DNA of 64,000 bases from Fistulifera solaris (GCA_030295235.1 AP026138.1:868001-932000); one strand, 5' to 3'. Counted from the first letter of the stretch, positions 1 to 11,317 are shown. Program-made: numbers and translations. The notes: a model not told the origin generated them from the letters alone.

Positions 1-2
1 GC

Positions 3-1082
3 GGGACACCGATACTGGTGGAGGCGCATATCAAAGAACCGACTCCGCTACCGTTGCATCATACACCATTGGCTTTGTCATTTGCTATTATAGCTGCGGA
101 AGATGCGATCAAAGGATCATTGACGACGACCTCGTTTTCGGCAAATACCGACAGCCCGTCGCTGCAAATGGTCGCTCTATTGGATCCGACATTGCAGGAA
201 GAATTGGTCGCCGACGGAAGTCTCATTACCATTGCTATGAATGTACACGGAGAAATATGTTTGGTCGATTATGCGGGAGGGTGTGAATTGGAACCCGTCA
301 TGTTTCGGACCGTGTGTCAAACCGCCGACCAAGTATTGCGTCAGAATCTATGTCCTGGATTGGAGCAGTCATTGGAAGAAGCCGATGAACAGGCCTTGCG
401 GGAACGATTGCAACGATTGCAGTTGCAGCAGCAGCAGCAGCAGCGTGAAGCACAGGCCGATGCGAAAAGTACCGATATGGACTGGAACACTACCGAAAGC
501 ACGACTGTGACGACGGCTACCGCAATGGACGTGGTGTTGGATGCCGCCGTCGAACAAGCTCAAGTCCAAGCGGAAGAAGCCTACAAACGACAAGCTTTAG
601 ATTACAATATAGGACACATGCCGACGGCTGTACGTGAAACGAAACAGCAACAAGTCAAACAGCAAGCAAATGCGCTATTGCAGTCTTTGTTGCAGTCGGT
701 GGCACAGGAAGAGGAGCCATCATCGGTTCAAGTATCCGGATCAAATGAAACAGTAGAGCACACCAATGCGGTCGTGGAAGACGTGCCTCCTGTCAAGAAC
801 CAAAAGATTGTCGCAGCTCCTTTAGAAACTTCAAATGCGACAGAAGCTCCCTTGCAACAAGCAGTTACAAAGACGATGAATGACGAGGATGACGATGAAG
901 AAGACGAGCCAGTTGTGTTACAAAGCGAATTTGCTAGCATCAAACCACCTGCTAGCACCAACGACAATAAAGTGATCGCGGCTATCAGCAACGAAAAGAA
1001 TCAAGACGACGATGAAGACGACGTGGATGATTTGGCGGATGCTATACGAAAGAAGAAAAAGTCGAAGAAACCAAAGAAATAA
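3..1082 (+). CDS. RRP45: Exosome complex subunit RRP45/EXOSC9, 5'-truncated by the window edge
   Basis: RNase PH C-terminal domain signature (EPTPLPLHHTPLALSFA...LLDPTLQEELVADG...IAMNVHGEICLVDYAGG) followed by an acidic/basic tail; frame is open back to position 3. Confidence 0.8.
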   Translation, partial: GTPILVEAHIKEPTPLPLHHTPLALSFAIIAAEDAIKGSLTTTSFSANTDSPSLQMVALLDPTLQEELVADGSLITIAMNVHGEICLVDYAGGCELEPVMFRTVCQTADQVLRQNLCPGLEQSLEEADEQALRERLQRLQLQQQQQQREAQADAKSTDMDWNTTESTTVTTATAMDVVLDAAVEQAQVQAEEAYKRQALDYNIGHMPTAVRETKQQQVKQQANALLQSLLQSVAQEEEPSSVQVSGSNETVEHTNAVVEDVPPVKNQKIVAAPLETSNATEAPLQQAVTKTMNDEDDDEEDEPVVLQSEFASIKPPASTNDNKVIAAISNEKNQDDDEDDVDDLADAIRKKKKSKKPKK

Positions 1083-1294
1083 ACATTGTTGGCGTAGAAT
1101 AGCTATAATTTTCCCCCACAGAAGCCGAGCTTATTATGCAATCGGCTAGCCGACTCCTCTACGCCCCATGACCATGACGATCTAGTTTATTTAACGAAAA
1201 ACCTTATTCATAGAAACTGAGCAGTTATAGGCGGAAACTATAAAACGGTACAGTCTTTATGATTGTACTGGAGCATGGCTTTGACAAATCATAT

Positions 1295-1700
1295 GAATGA
1301 GTTGGATGCTTTGTTCCAGTCAATGATGGAGGAGATGTGGCCGTCAAAGGTTCAGTTAACTGGATTTGAACTGGCAGTATCTGGTAGTCATGGAAGATTT
1401 GTCACCCGTTCCGAGCAAAAAAGTCGCAACGCTCGCGGCACGATTAACAGAATATGTCGTTGCTCAAGTGAAACAAGCAAAATGAAACGACTGATGACGA
1501 GGATGAAGATGAAGACGAAGACGATGAGCCGGTGACACTGCACATCGGATTCGCTACCGTTAGAACTCCCCAGCAGGAAAGTTACAACAAACAAGCAGAT
1601 AACCATCTTATCATGTACTTATTACAAGTTGCTACACTCACAATTCCATTTCGACAATTAATCGACGAAGATAATGATTGTTGCGGCGGCGGGCATTTAC
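1295..1700 (+). pseudogene. Decayed partial tandem duplicate of the RRP45 3' coding region
   Basis: Frame-broken translations LDALFQSMMEEMWPSKVQLTG and DDEDEDEDEDDEPVTLHIGFATVRTP match LQSLLQSVAQEEEPSSVQVSG and DEDDDEEDEPVVLQSEFASIKPP of the upstream gene, in the same order; boundaries approximate. Confidence 0.6.
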
Positions 1701-1730
1701 AGTATATTGCGAGTGTCGGGAAAGCTGAAT

Positions 1731-1960
1731 TTTCACGTTCCCAGGAAATCTGGGCGATTGGTATTAACGTTGGTCCAGAAAATCTGGACCAGTTGTAGTT
1801 TCGCGTTCCCAGGAAATCTGGGTGATTGGTATTTACGTTGGTCCAGAAAATCTGGACCAGTTGTAGTTTCGCGTTCCCAGGAAATCTGGGTGATTGGTAT
1901 TTACGTTGGTCCAGAAAATCTGGACCAGTTGTAGTTCTCGCTTTCCCAGGAAATCTGGGA
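1731..1960. repeat. 68-bp minisatellite, ~3.4 copies, two palindromes per unit
   Basis: Units start at 1731, 1799, 1867, 1935; each has CCCAG-GAAAT-CTGGG and TGGTCCAGA-AAA-TCTGGACCA. Confidence 0.95.
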
Positions 1961-2264
1961 ATGTGGTTTTCTCACTCTGGTCATTTTTTACTCGCAAGAG
2001 GTGCGCGCGCGAAAAGGCTCGCCGGCGACCACAGATGGGCGCGCTCCTTCAAAAATTGCCGCCACTTTTCGCGTCCTCCTCGTCGCGCCTCGCATTCTTT
2101 GCAGCTCGGCCAACTTTCACCTTTGCCATTCTATTCCGGCCTTCTTATTGTGAATCTGTTACTCCTCTTGCGTTATTCGACAAGTTCTTATTGATTGAGC
2201 AGGATATTGAAAGGATTGACGGAAACAATATAAAGAATACCGCGTACAGTGAGCCTTGCGGAGC

Positions 2265-3920
2265 ATGTCGTCGACAAATGATACGAATGCGTTTGATGCT
2301 CTCGCGCAATCCGTTCCTTCTACAAACGCAACAACACCACGCACTTACGACACTTCTGTTCCGTCAGTAATGCTACAAGGATCAAGTCAGTTTCATTGTG
2401 GTTTAGAAGCCATGGAAGATTCTCTATCATGTGTCGTCTGCCGTGAGATTTTCCGCAATCCCATTTCGCTGTATCCTTGTCAGCATTCCTTTTGCAGCGA
2501 ATGCGTTCGCAAATCATTGAAAGAACAACTCAAATCGTTAAAACGAACAGCAAATTGCCCGGTCTGTCGAGTACAATTGGATACAAGCGGCATTGCCTTT
2601 GAAAAGTGCATTCGACCGAATCCGACGTTAGAGGATTTATCCAATGCTTATTCGGGCATTCGCAACGAAATGTATTCAATCTTGTCATCTTCGGCCTCGC
2701 CAGCAGCGTTAACAGCATCAGCGGCAACTGCTACGCGAACTAGTGAAGAAGAAGCACCTCGTCGATCGAGTCGTCTCTCTGCCGACAACGAAGTCGTAGA
2801 ACGATCATCAACACTACCTCATCAGCAGCCGCCACAGCCACAGCCACAGCAACCACAGCCACGACGACTCACCAAGAAGAATCCGGTCTTGTATCATTCA
2901 CTCAAAAAGAAGCAGTTGCAAGACTTATGCCGCAAGGAAGGATTGTCGACATACGGTTCCGATACCGAACTTAAACTCCGTCATCAAGCCTTTTTGGAAC
3001 TATACAATGCCGAGTGCGACAGTCAGACTCCCCGGACGCACGAGGAGCTATTGCAAGACTTGGCGCAGCGCGAACAGCAGCGACGGTTGGTGGAAAGTCA
3101 AGATCGACGCAATGGTGCGCATGCGCATACTGCGCACGTTGAACGGTTTTTTCAACAACGCAATCGTGATGGACCGGCCATGAAGCGCGGGGATTCGGAA
3201 TTTGATCAGGAATGGAAGGAGGGATGGAAACGATTGATCGCCCAGGGAAAAGAGCAGTTAGAACGAGAGCGCAAGAAGAAACAAATGGCGACGAATGAAA
3301 AGAAACCAGCTAATGATTTGAACGAAATCACCCACATAAAACAAGCAAGTGATTCGGACAAGCCAGTTGATTTTGATACGAAGGCGCTTGATAAGGAAGA
3401 GCACAGCGAAGTAAAAGCCCCCGAAAAAGAACAAATTCATGTACGGGATCCAGTTGCCAACAGGAAGAAGTATGCCGATGCAGTGTTGAATTTCCGGAAA
3501 GTGAAAGCATGGCCCGCTTATGGATATGAGAACCAAGAAAATGAACAAGAGGATAGAGCTAATGAAGCTGCCGTTCCCGCAGTCAAACCAATGCCATCGG
3601 TAACTCCCCGGGTGACGAAGCGCCCTTTTGAGGTCATGTGTCCATGGAGTTCAGCCACCTCCGTCTCAGACGTCTCGCCTCCTAGTTTGGGAGTCGCCAC
3701 TTCTAAAATCGACTTCTCGTCAAATCAGCCAAAGCAGCCAAGACTATGCGACGTACCAAGTAAGTCTCACACGAGCCAGGGTTCTATTGTCGGGCCTTGG
3801 ACGTGCAAGCTATGTACTTTCCTAAACACGAAACGCACGTGGAGCACAGCCAAATGCGAAATGTGTGAATCTCCGCGTCCAAGTTTCACCGAGACACAAG
3901 AGGTCATTGCATTGAATTAA
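2265..3920 (+). CDS. RAD18: RAD18-like E3 ubiquitin ligase (RING + SAP + C-terminal RanBP2/NZF zinc finger)
   Basis: C3HC4 RING (CVVC...CQHSFCSEC...CPVC); SAP region LKKKQLQDLCRKEGLSTYG followed by Rad18-type RH...LYNAECDS..P; C-terminal WTCKLCTFLN...CEMC; first ATG at 2265. Confidence 0.75.
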   Translation: MSSTNDTNAFDALAQSVPSTNATTPRTYDTSVPSVMLQGSSQFHCGLEAMEDSLSCVVCREIFRNPISLYPCQHSFCSECVRKSLKEQLKSLKRTANCPVCRVQLDTSGIAFEKCIRPNPTLEDLSNAYSGIRNEMYSILSSSASPAALTASAATATRTSEEEAPRRSSRLSADNEVVERSSTLPHQQPPQPQPQQPQPRRLTKKNPVLYHSLKKKQLQDLCRKEGLSTYGSDTELKLRHQAFLELYNAECDSQTPRTHEELLQDLAQREQQRRLVESQDRRNGAHAHTAHVERFFQQRNRDGPAMKRGDSEFDQEWKEGWKRLIAQGKEQLERERKKKQMATNEKKPANDLNEITHIKQASDSDKPVDFDTKALDKEEHSEVKAPEKEQIHVRDPVANRKKYADAVLNFRKVKAWPAYGYENQENEQEDRANEAAVPAVKPMPSVTPRVTKRPFEVMCPWSSATSVSDVSPPSLGVATSKIDFSSNQPKQPRLCDVPSKSHTSQGSIVGPWTCKLCTFLNTKRTWSTAKCEMCESPRPSFTETQEVIALN

Positions 3921-4906
3921 AACAATATCTCGAAACGCTTTTGGATGCTACAAACACGAGACCGACAGAGACTTCGGTTGATGGCCTAATCTTGCTTCTG
4001 AAAATATAAAAAACAAGCTTGAATTTAGACTATTTTCTTTGAATATGTCAATCGGTCTGTGTGAACACTTAATTATGGATCCAACTTAGCAAGAAGCACG
4101 TTTCTTCTTCTGACTGATAAGATAAAAGTTTGGCGTGCATTAGTCAAAGTGCTGAGGACAAAAATTGGGATGCACTAAAACCAATGCTCCTAGCTTGCAT
4201 CGACATACAAGCATGCAACGAGATGGTTGCGACGTTGCGATGTGCGAGGTGCGAGGTGCGAGTAACGGAGCAGAGTTCTCATTCAACGTAGGAGGCAATT
4301 GAGATTGGCGGTCCAAACGTAAACTTTAATTTTATTCTACTGTAGTCTAGTTCCTAGTTCAATTTTCAATTTCATCATTCATCCTCATCAGCGATTGTTC
4401 GGCATTCATGATTGGTTTTGAAGTTCGTTAGGTGTTCGACAAAACGTACTTGGGTTTCTGGCAGCTGGCCAAACATTATTTATTGGCAGCTGTCACTAAT
4501 TCTGTGTAAATTCGCCCGTTTCTTCAGCCGTTTCTTGTTCTTCACGTTGCACCTTTCTTTGATTCTAAGCAAGCTACTTCAGGAACCATACTATGAAGGG
4601 TCATTTTCTACATTCAAAGAAATCTGATCGTCATTTCTGGATTCTGGACCTATTGGCATTTTCATATTCAAGCCGCCGATCAAATTTTGGTACAAAACCT
4701 ACGTAGATTTGTACGCCGATTTGCCTTTTCATTCACTCTGTAGCGCGAATCGTACTTTTGGATTTCCCGAAGAAGACCTTCTCTGAAGACAATGTTTGTT
4801 TGTCCCTTCCAACTTCCAACCTTTTTCTGACCCCCAAAAAATTGAGGGTTGACTTCAAAACATCATTCAATCACAACGACTTCCTATCTAATAGACCAGA
4901 GCCTCA

Positions 4907-5800
4907 ATGATGAATCAAAATATATCACGTGACGATATGAATGAGAGAATAGTACAGCAACGTAGCGCAATCTCATTAAACAACGTCGGCGTCAGTCTGT
5001 TGCAACGAAGATGTTATATGCAGGCAGTCGAGGCATTCGAGTGCGCCGCTTCTCTCCTGCCCGACAGTCTGCTGGAAGCTACCGATAAAATGAATGTGAA
5101 TGACCTTGTACAAAAGAGCTTGAAGCATTTAACAACAGCGAAACCCGCTCGCCGTGAAGCTTTAATCATTGAAGTTCTTTCCGTGACACCCGATGGATAT
5201 CTTACGCTCGAATCAGACAACAATTCGTGTCGTAGAACTGTGCTGGAGTCCGTTTTTCTTGACGCTCCGTGTCCGTCGGTAGCTCATGCGGTTCGGTTAG
5301 AATCACACTACGTTCCTAAGCAAGAGGCAATTGCAACGCACAATTTGGCAATCGCCTGCCTATGTCTGGCAAAAGGGTTCCCTGTCACGAATGAGAAGCG
5401 ATTTCAAATGAAGAAACTTTTATTTGAGAAAGCAACTCAATACGCCCGTCTTTCCGCGACGGTTCTTCTAGAACACTGGCAATCTTCCTTGACTACCTCG
5501 GAATGCCGGGAATTAGAGAATGCAGAAGAAAATGAATGCCAGGATGCGACAGAGTGGCTGAATCGAAAGATCGACTCTTCAGCACCTAAGAACCATCACG
5601 GTATTCTCGATAGCATCACTGTGGGTGTTATTAATGTGTTCTTGACGACTTTGCAGGAGACTTCACGCACTGAAGAAGCCAAAGAGCTCTACAACCAGTT
5701 GGTGGACTTTCGAGAATCGGCCTTCGATAACAACGAACATCAATGTCAAGCCTTGTTAAAAACCATTCTTCGGTCTGGTGGCTTGGCCGCGGCCGCATAA
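4907..5800 (+). CDS. Hypothetical helical (TPR-like) protein
   Basis: 297-aa ATG-initiated ORF with LNNVGVSLLQRRCYMQAVEAF and HNLAIACLCLA TPR-like helices. Confidence 0.6.
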   Translation: MMNQNISRDDMNERIVQQRSAISLNNVGVSLLQRRCYMQAVEAFECAASLLPDSLLEATDKMNVNDLVQKSLKHLTTAKPARREALIIEVLSVTPDGYLTLESDNNSCRRTVLESVFLDAPCPSVAHAVRLESHYVPKQEAIATHNLAIACLCLAKGFPVTNEKRFQMKKLLFEKATQYARLSATVLLEHWQSSLTTSECRELENAEENECQDATEWLNRKIDSSAPKNHHGILDSITVGVINVFLTTLQETSRTEEAKELYNQLVDFRESAFDNNEHQCQALLKTILRSGGLAAAA

Positions 5801-6307
5801 GAGAGAGGGGTATGTACAGTCTTCTCCTCTTTTCATTATTCTGCTTCATAACTATGTTGTCATAATAATCGTTATTCGGTGTCTACTGGAAGGTTCGGGA
5901 AAAAGTGTACACTCACGTAGACTCCCGTAGAAAAATGTACCAAGCAGAGGTGCGTTCCCGTGTCTCCCAGTGCTCTCCTTGAGACTTTAGTTTACTTTTT
6001 ATACGGAGTAAGTACTGGTAGTTAGCCATGAGCCATGCGAAGTGGTTGTACTATATTCGATCATAGCTAGTACCGGAGCGATGTATTTCGGTCACACGGT
6101 CACACGCGCACCTATTTTGCGTCAAAAAACTTTGACGACTGCACGCGACCATGACAAAAGACAAAGAGCGATACTACAAAGACTCACTCGCTCTCATTGC
6201 AAAGATCTTTCTCTTCTTACAAAGTCTTTCAGTTAAAGGAACAAGAGCTTGGTCGCAAAGAAGTTGCACGTATCGACGAAATATTAAATAAAACGAACGT
6301 ACAAAAG

Positions 6308-7274
6308 ATGAGTGCAGCCTTGGAAGAACTCGAAGCCGAAGAAGCTCTTATTCGCTGCGGTACAACGAAAGGCGATATTGTGATGCATTTGTACCGCAAA
6401 TGGAGTCCGCATGGATACGATCGAGCGGTTGCCTTGTACGAACATGGCTTTTACGATCATTCGCACTTTTTTCGAACAGTGCCCAACTTTCTGGTGCAAT
6501 TTGGCATTTCCTATACCGATGATGTCGAACTACAAAAGAAAGCACGTTCTACGATCCCCGATGATCCTCAACTAGATCCGCCGATTCCCTTTGATGTAGG
6601 AACGATATCGTATGCTGGTACGTCCCTTTGAATTGAATTGAATGCAATGATTGATCAAGATATCATGATTAGGTATCTTTCGCTCGTTACTCGGCATGCG
6701 GATTCATCTTACCCTTTCCTCTGTTTCCTCTCTTTTTCTGCGGTTTTTTATTCTTCAAAAAGGGAGCGGACCGAACAGCCGAACGTCTCAACTATTCATC
6801 GCATACGCCGGCCTTCCATCTTTCGGGACACAATTATGGGAAACACCTATCGGTGAAATCGAAGAAGGCATGGATGTCGTGGAGAAATTTTATAGCTACG
6901 GGGATATGCCGCCCTGGGGTAAAGGTCCTGTGCAACAGAAAATTCATGGTGGTCCGTCATATATCGAAGAAAACTTTCCTTTGACGGACAAGTTTACTTC
7001 GTGTCACGTGCAGCGTTTGCAGACGGCCGATGAACGGGATGCGGAACTTACAGATCCTACCGACGATGTCACCGATGAAGTGCCACCAGAATTGTTGGAG
7101 CGGCCGGAACAGTTGCGACACGCGGAAACCAAAAAGCCAGACACAGAAGCACTTTCACCATCGAAGATTCCAACCTTGTCGGCAGTAGCAGCGGTAGCCT
7201 TACTGGCTATTGTTTGGTGGTGGTGGCGCTGGCTTTTGGGTCGATCACAGCAGAAATCAAGCAAGTCTAACTGA
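6308..7274 (+). CDS. Cyclophilin-type peptidyl-prolyl isomerase with C-terminal transmembrane helix; intron 6618-6762; start uncertain (may be further upstream)
   Basis: TTKGDIV...WSPHGYDR...GFYD..FFRTVPNFLVQFG; GT-AG splice joins YAG|SGPNSRTSQLFI; hydrophobic AVAAVALLAIVWWWW tail. Confidence 0.8.
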
Positions 7275-7853
7275 TGGCTTAGACAAGGAATTTACTCACT
7301 CTAGAACCTCTACCCGAACCAACATATTCCGCTTAAGCTCTGCTAGTCCTCTAGTAGCTTGAGATGCTCCGGGTTAGAAGCTGTTGTTCGTACCGCATCG
7401 AAGCGCTCTCCTTAGCTTTAGGCAACTAAGACGGGCAAAATTATGTCCGTTCGTCGTTATCCTATTAAAACGTGCGTGCCTCTCCAAGTTTGGAAGTCTT
7501 CTCGCGTGGGAGTTATTCCGGGAACGTTTTGCGCTCGCAAGATTGAAGAGACACTCCACCAAATTGTAAACGCTCGACTCTACGAATAAAAAGTCCCACC
7601 TTTCTTTGGCGAGAGTCGTCGTACAGCGATAAAAGGCACAGTAGTGCTACTTTTCACTTTATTGTCAATTATAACCGCTCTCTGTCGACTCCGTCTAATT
7701 TCAACGTACCGCATTTTTGGCGCAAAGCACACTTTCGCATTTTCCGATCGAGAAGGATCCATCACATTCATTCCGAATCATCATTGAACTGCCATTATTG
7801 TAGTTTATCATACGAAACAACCCGAGAGTACAGCAACAATCAAGCAACAAACC

Positions 7854-8651
7854 ATGAAGGCAATACAAGCGGTACTTTACCTGAGTTTACTGTCGACAGC
7901 CACGTCGTTTACTCCTTCGACGACCGCTCCGCGCATAATTAAGACTTCTATAACACAGCGCAAAGCATTTGATGCTTCCACCGTGGATGCATTTTATCAG
8001 TCACAGCCCTACTTGGCTGCCTTTTTGACTTGCGGTGTTAAGGCGGGGTCGGCCGACTTTGTGGCTCAGAAGCAGCAGGCATCGCAAGCGAAAAAGGAAG
8101 AGGAGTCACAGGGAGAACGTGAGTTCGATGTCTCTCGCAATCTCGCATTCCTTGTGTATGGAGGCCTTTGGCAGGGAATTTTTCAGCAATGTCTGTATCT
8201 GCACTTATATCCGGTTTTGTTTGGAGCAAACCCTACCCTGGAATCGATCGCCTGTCAAGTGGCGTTCGACGTGCTCATTACCGGGCCCATCTTGTGCATT
8301 CCGGTGTCCTACTCGGTAAAGAGTATGTTCGCATCGGGTGAAGTCTCTTTGGAAGCCGTAGAACGGGGTCTTCAAAACTACTGGCGTGATATTACCACCA
8401 AGGGATTGATGAAGACCTATGGCTCGATTTGGGTACCTGCACAATGTCTAACATTCGGTGTGGTTCCGCCGCATTTGCGAGTTGTTTTTGTGGCGGCCGT
8501 GTCGTTCTTCTGGGTGACTCGCCTTTCTGCGATCTCCTCGTCTGCGCCTTTGTCATCGACAACAGTGGCATCGCCATCAATGCCTCCGCCTACCTTACTG
8601 CGTCTTCGCGGGGATGCACAAACGGAATCGAGAGCTTGTCAGCAATTATAG
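7854..8651 (+). CDS. Mpv17/PMP22 family membrane protein with probable bipartite plastid presequence
   Basis: Signal peptide ending ATS-F; P..AAFLTCG.K...ADFVAQ, RNLAFLVYG, W.PAQCLTFGVVPPHLRVVFVA.VSFFW motifs. Confidence 0.85.
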   Translation: MKAIQAVLYLSLLSTATSFTPSTTAPRIIKTSITQRKAFDASTVDAFYQSQPYLAAFLTCGVKAGSADFVAQKQQASQAKKEEESQGEREFDVSRNLAFLVYGGLWQGIFQQCLYLHLYPVLFGANPTLESIACQVAFDVLITGPILCIPVSYSVKSMFASGEVSLEAVERGLQNYWRDITTKGLMKTYGSIWVPAQCLTFGVVPPHLRVVFVAAVSFFWVTRLSAISSSAPLSSTTVASPSMPPPTLLRLRGDAQTESRACQQL

Positions 8652-8813
8652 AAGAGAATGATCAACCTACACAACCACAACAGCATCGACATAAAGCCAC
8701 CTTCTGATAGAGCATCGTACATAGACCTTTTAAATGCATAAAGTAAAGAGACAGTACAAATTTTGATTGATTATATGTAGATTATGAGAATTTGATGATA
8801 AGACACAGATAGT

Positions 8814-9635
8814 CTAACACTCGAGACGAGTGATGATCAAGTCGACATCCGAAGCATCACTGGCTCGTGCGGCTTGCTCTTGCTGTTGCCGCTTCACAGC
8901 AAGCAGTCGACGAAACTCGACTACAACCTGCTGTCGTGACTTTTTGATTTCATCCACAACATGCATTGCGGCCGCCAACTCGCTTTCCGTGATACCCCAA
9001 TCTTCTCGCAGCAACTCAATGCGGCGTTCAGCACTAACAAACAACTCCTGAAGCGTGCGTTTGTTCTTCTGCAGGTCTGGTAGATCGTCAGCATGCGTAT
9101 CAAAGAGCCACACCTCCGGCCGCTCTACGAAAGACCAATCTAGCGTCAAGGGAGGTCCCGCCTTACAGGCCGGATTCTCTCCCACCGTCCGAGCAAACTC
9201 GCGTATTTGTACGACACTGAATCGAACCGATCGCGGGTGCGTCTTCAAGCCAGTCGACGGAGACGAAGGGGCGGACGAGCAGCACGTGGTTGACAAAGTC
9301 GATTTGATGGAAGCATCTTCTTCGCTCGGATTCGTCAACGACAAGGAATCGCATCCGTCCTCTTTCGACATCAACTTCGGCATTCGAAAGCTCATGCGAC
9401 GTTGTAATCGTTTACCCCAGTGTGGACGCGATGTAGAGGGTAATGAGAGACGTCGAAGAGACGCTCGTCGTGACTTCTTGAATGATGCTGCTTCATTGTC
9501 ATTCTTGTAAAGAGAGAGATCTGTGCCGTCGCGTGAAGGGTTACATGAAGGCGTAATCGCCGTTTCGGAACAACACAAGCTCCTCGACGAAGCAAGCTTA
9601 GCAAGGCGCTTTGACGGAAAGGATAGCTTCCACAT
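8814..9635 (-). CDS. Hypothetical protein with RVxF-like motif (RSVRF...IREF.RTVGENPAC..GPPLTLDW)
   Basis: 273-aa ORF; motif resembles a family of diatom hypothetical proteins (recognition, not searched). Confidence 0.65.
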   Translation of the reverse strand: MWKLSFPSKRLAKLASSRSLCCSETAITPSCNPSRDGTDLSLYKNDNEAASFKKSRRASLRRLSLPSTSRPHWGKRLQRRMSFRMPKLMSKEDGCDSLSLTNPSEEDASIKSTLSTTCCSSAPSSPSTGLKTHPRSVRFSVVQIREFARTVGENPACKAGPPLTLDWSFVERPEVWLFDTHADDLPDLQKNKRTLQELFVSAERRIELLREDWGITESELAAAMHVVDEIKKSRQQVVVEFRRLLAVKRQQQEQAARASDASDVDLIITRLEC

Positions 9636-10188
9636 GAGAATGATGTATTCGAAGTGTCGGACTTGTGCTAGTAAAGATCAAACCGACATCCAGCAATGGC
9701 TTCCCGCTCTTTTTGTGAGAGATGCTTGATGATTGCTGCTTGTCGCTTCTTTTCTCCTTTCGAATAAAAGAGAGAATAAAAGAGAAAGAAGAATACGGCT
9801 CTATCAACTGGGTTCGATAACACACGAACTGATCTTATGTTATAAATAGAGAGAGCAACTGGGGATCACGAAAATGTGTCACTTTGTTTTTCGTTCTTGC
9901 ACACATGCGCGTTTTGTTTTCTCGCGTTTGCATGCAGCGTGATAGTAATGAGTCCCGTGGAAAATTTCAAATCCAATAACACGGATCCGAGTATCGATTA
10001 CATAGTGACACGAAAGGAATTCGGCGTTCAGAACGCATCGCGTGACTCCACCAAATTGACTCACGATACCGGTTCTCCGACTAAAAGCGAGACACAGTTT
10101 AGAACGCGTCGAAGTCCATCGAGACTCAAACACGAGTTAAATTAGGCTAGGAATGGTTTAATTACTAATAAGCATTTTAACCGCAGCA

Positions 10189-11281
10189 TTATTGCGACGC
10201 GACTGTTTCTTCTGCAGCAGAAGCACGTCGCGCAGCTCGTCGTTCTAGCTTACGTGCACGTTTGAGTTCGGCAGGTGTCATGTTAGCATGATCGAGGGGT
10301 GGACCAGCAATAGGTTCATTGTTTAGGAAAGGCTTGTTTTCCAGTTCACTTTGACCCGCGTTCTTTCCGTTTTTAGCCGGACCGGACGATGTCGACTGTA
10401 TCTTTTTCGTTTCTTTGTTACGGGCGCCCTTGCGAGACCGCAACAATTTCCGCTCCTCTCGTGCTTGCCGTGAAGCCTGTTCTTGCTCTTGCATCTTTTC
10501 ACTTTGTAGACTGATTGTAATACGCTTCCGTTCCAGTTCGACGATCCGCGCTGCAGGAATCTCATCGCCGGGCTTGTACAGATCGTGCGGCGATGCCACA
10601 TATTCATCACTCAATCGAGATACATGACAAAAGGCATCGATGTGACAATTGATGTCAACAAAAATACCAAAATCCTTGACATACACGACTTTTCCTGGAT
10701 ACGATTGCCCTAAAACAAAGTCAGTGACTGGTTTTCGTCCGTAACAATAACGTTTCGCTTTTGCCGTTTCCGAGTTCGTTGTCGAACTAGCAGCTGACTT
10801 TGGTTCATCACGGTTGTTGTTGATTTCCTCTTTACTTTTAGCATTCAAATCTCTTGTTGCCTCTGTTTTGCTCAACTCGAGGGAGGCACTCTTCTTTGTG
10901 GAATGCGTTAATGTAGAAGGGGCGGATGATTGCGACTCGGTGATTTCACTAGTAGATTGTCTTCCGCGACGACGTTTCCCTCGTTGACGTCGTGCGGGGG
11001 CTTCCAAGTCTATGCCGGTATCTTCGTCATCGCTATCGGCGTTCGTGCTGTTGTGTTTGTCGACGTGTTCTTTGTCGTTTTTATCACTCGTGGACGATGC
11101 AGAAGTAGTTGTTTTTGTGACCATAGACTTGCTCTCGGCTATAGTCCGTACTTCCTCTGCGGTAGCTCGTTGTCTCGGCATTTCCTCGATGTGTTCATTT
11201 GACGAAGAATGATTGAGAGAAACACCACCGCGCGAGTCCGTTTGCGGTGGCTTATCCTTCTGAGATGAAGATTTTTTCTTT

Positions 11282-11317
<36 letters not shown>

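Noticed and set aside
1731..1960. CRISPR-like look of regularly spaced palindromes
   Set aside because: Spacers are near-identical, there are no cas genes and the context is eukaryotic; it is a minisatellite
1532..2370. Overlapping ORFs across the 68-bp array
   Set aside because: Produced by the stop-poor repeat unit; no protein-like signal
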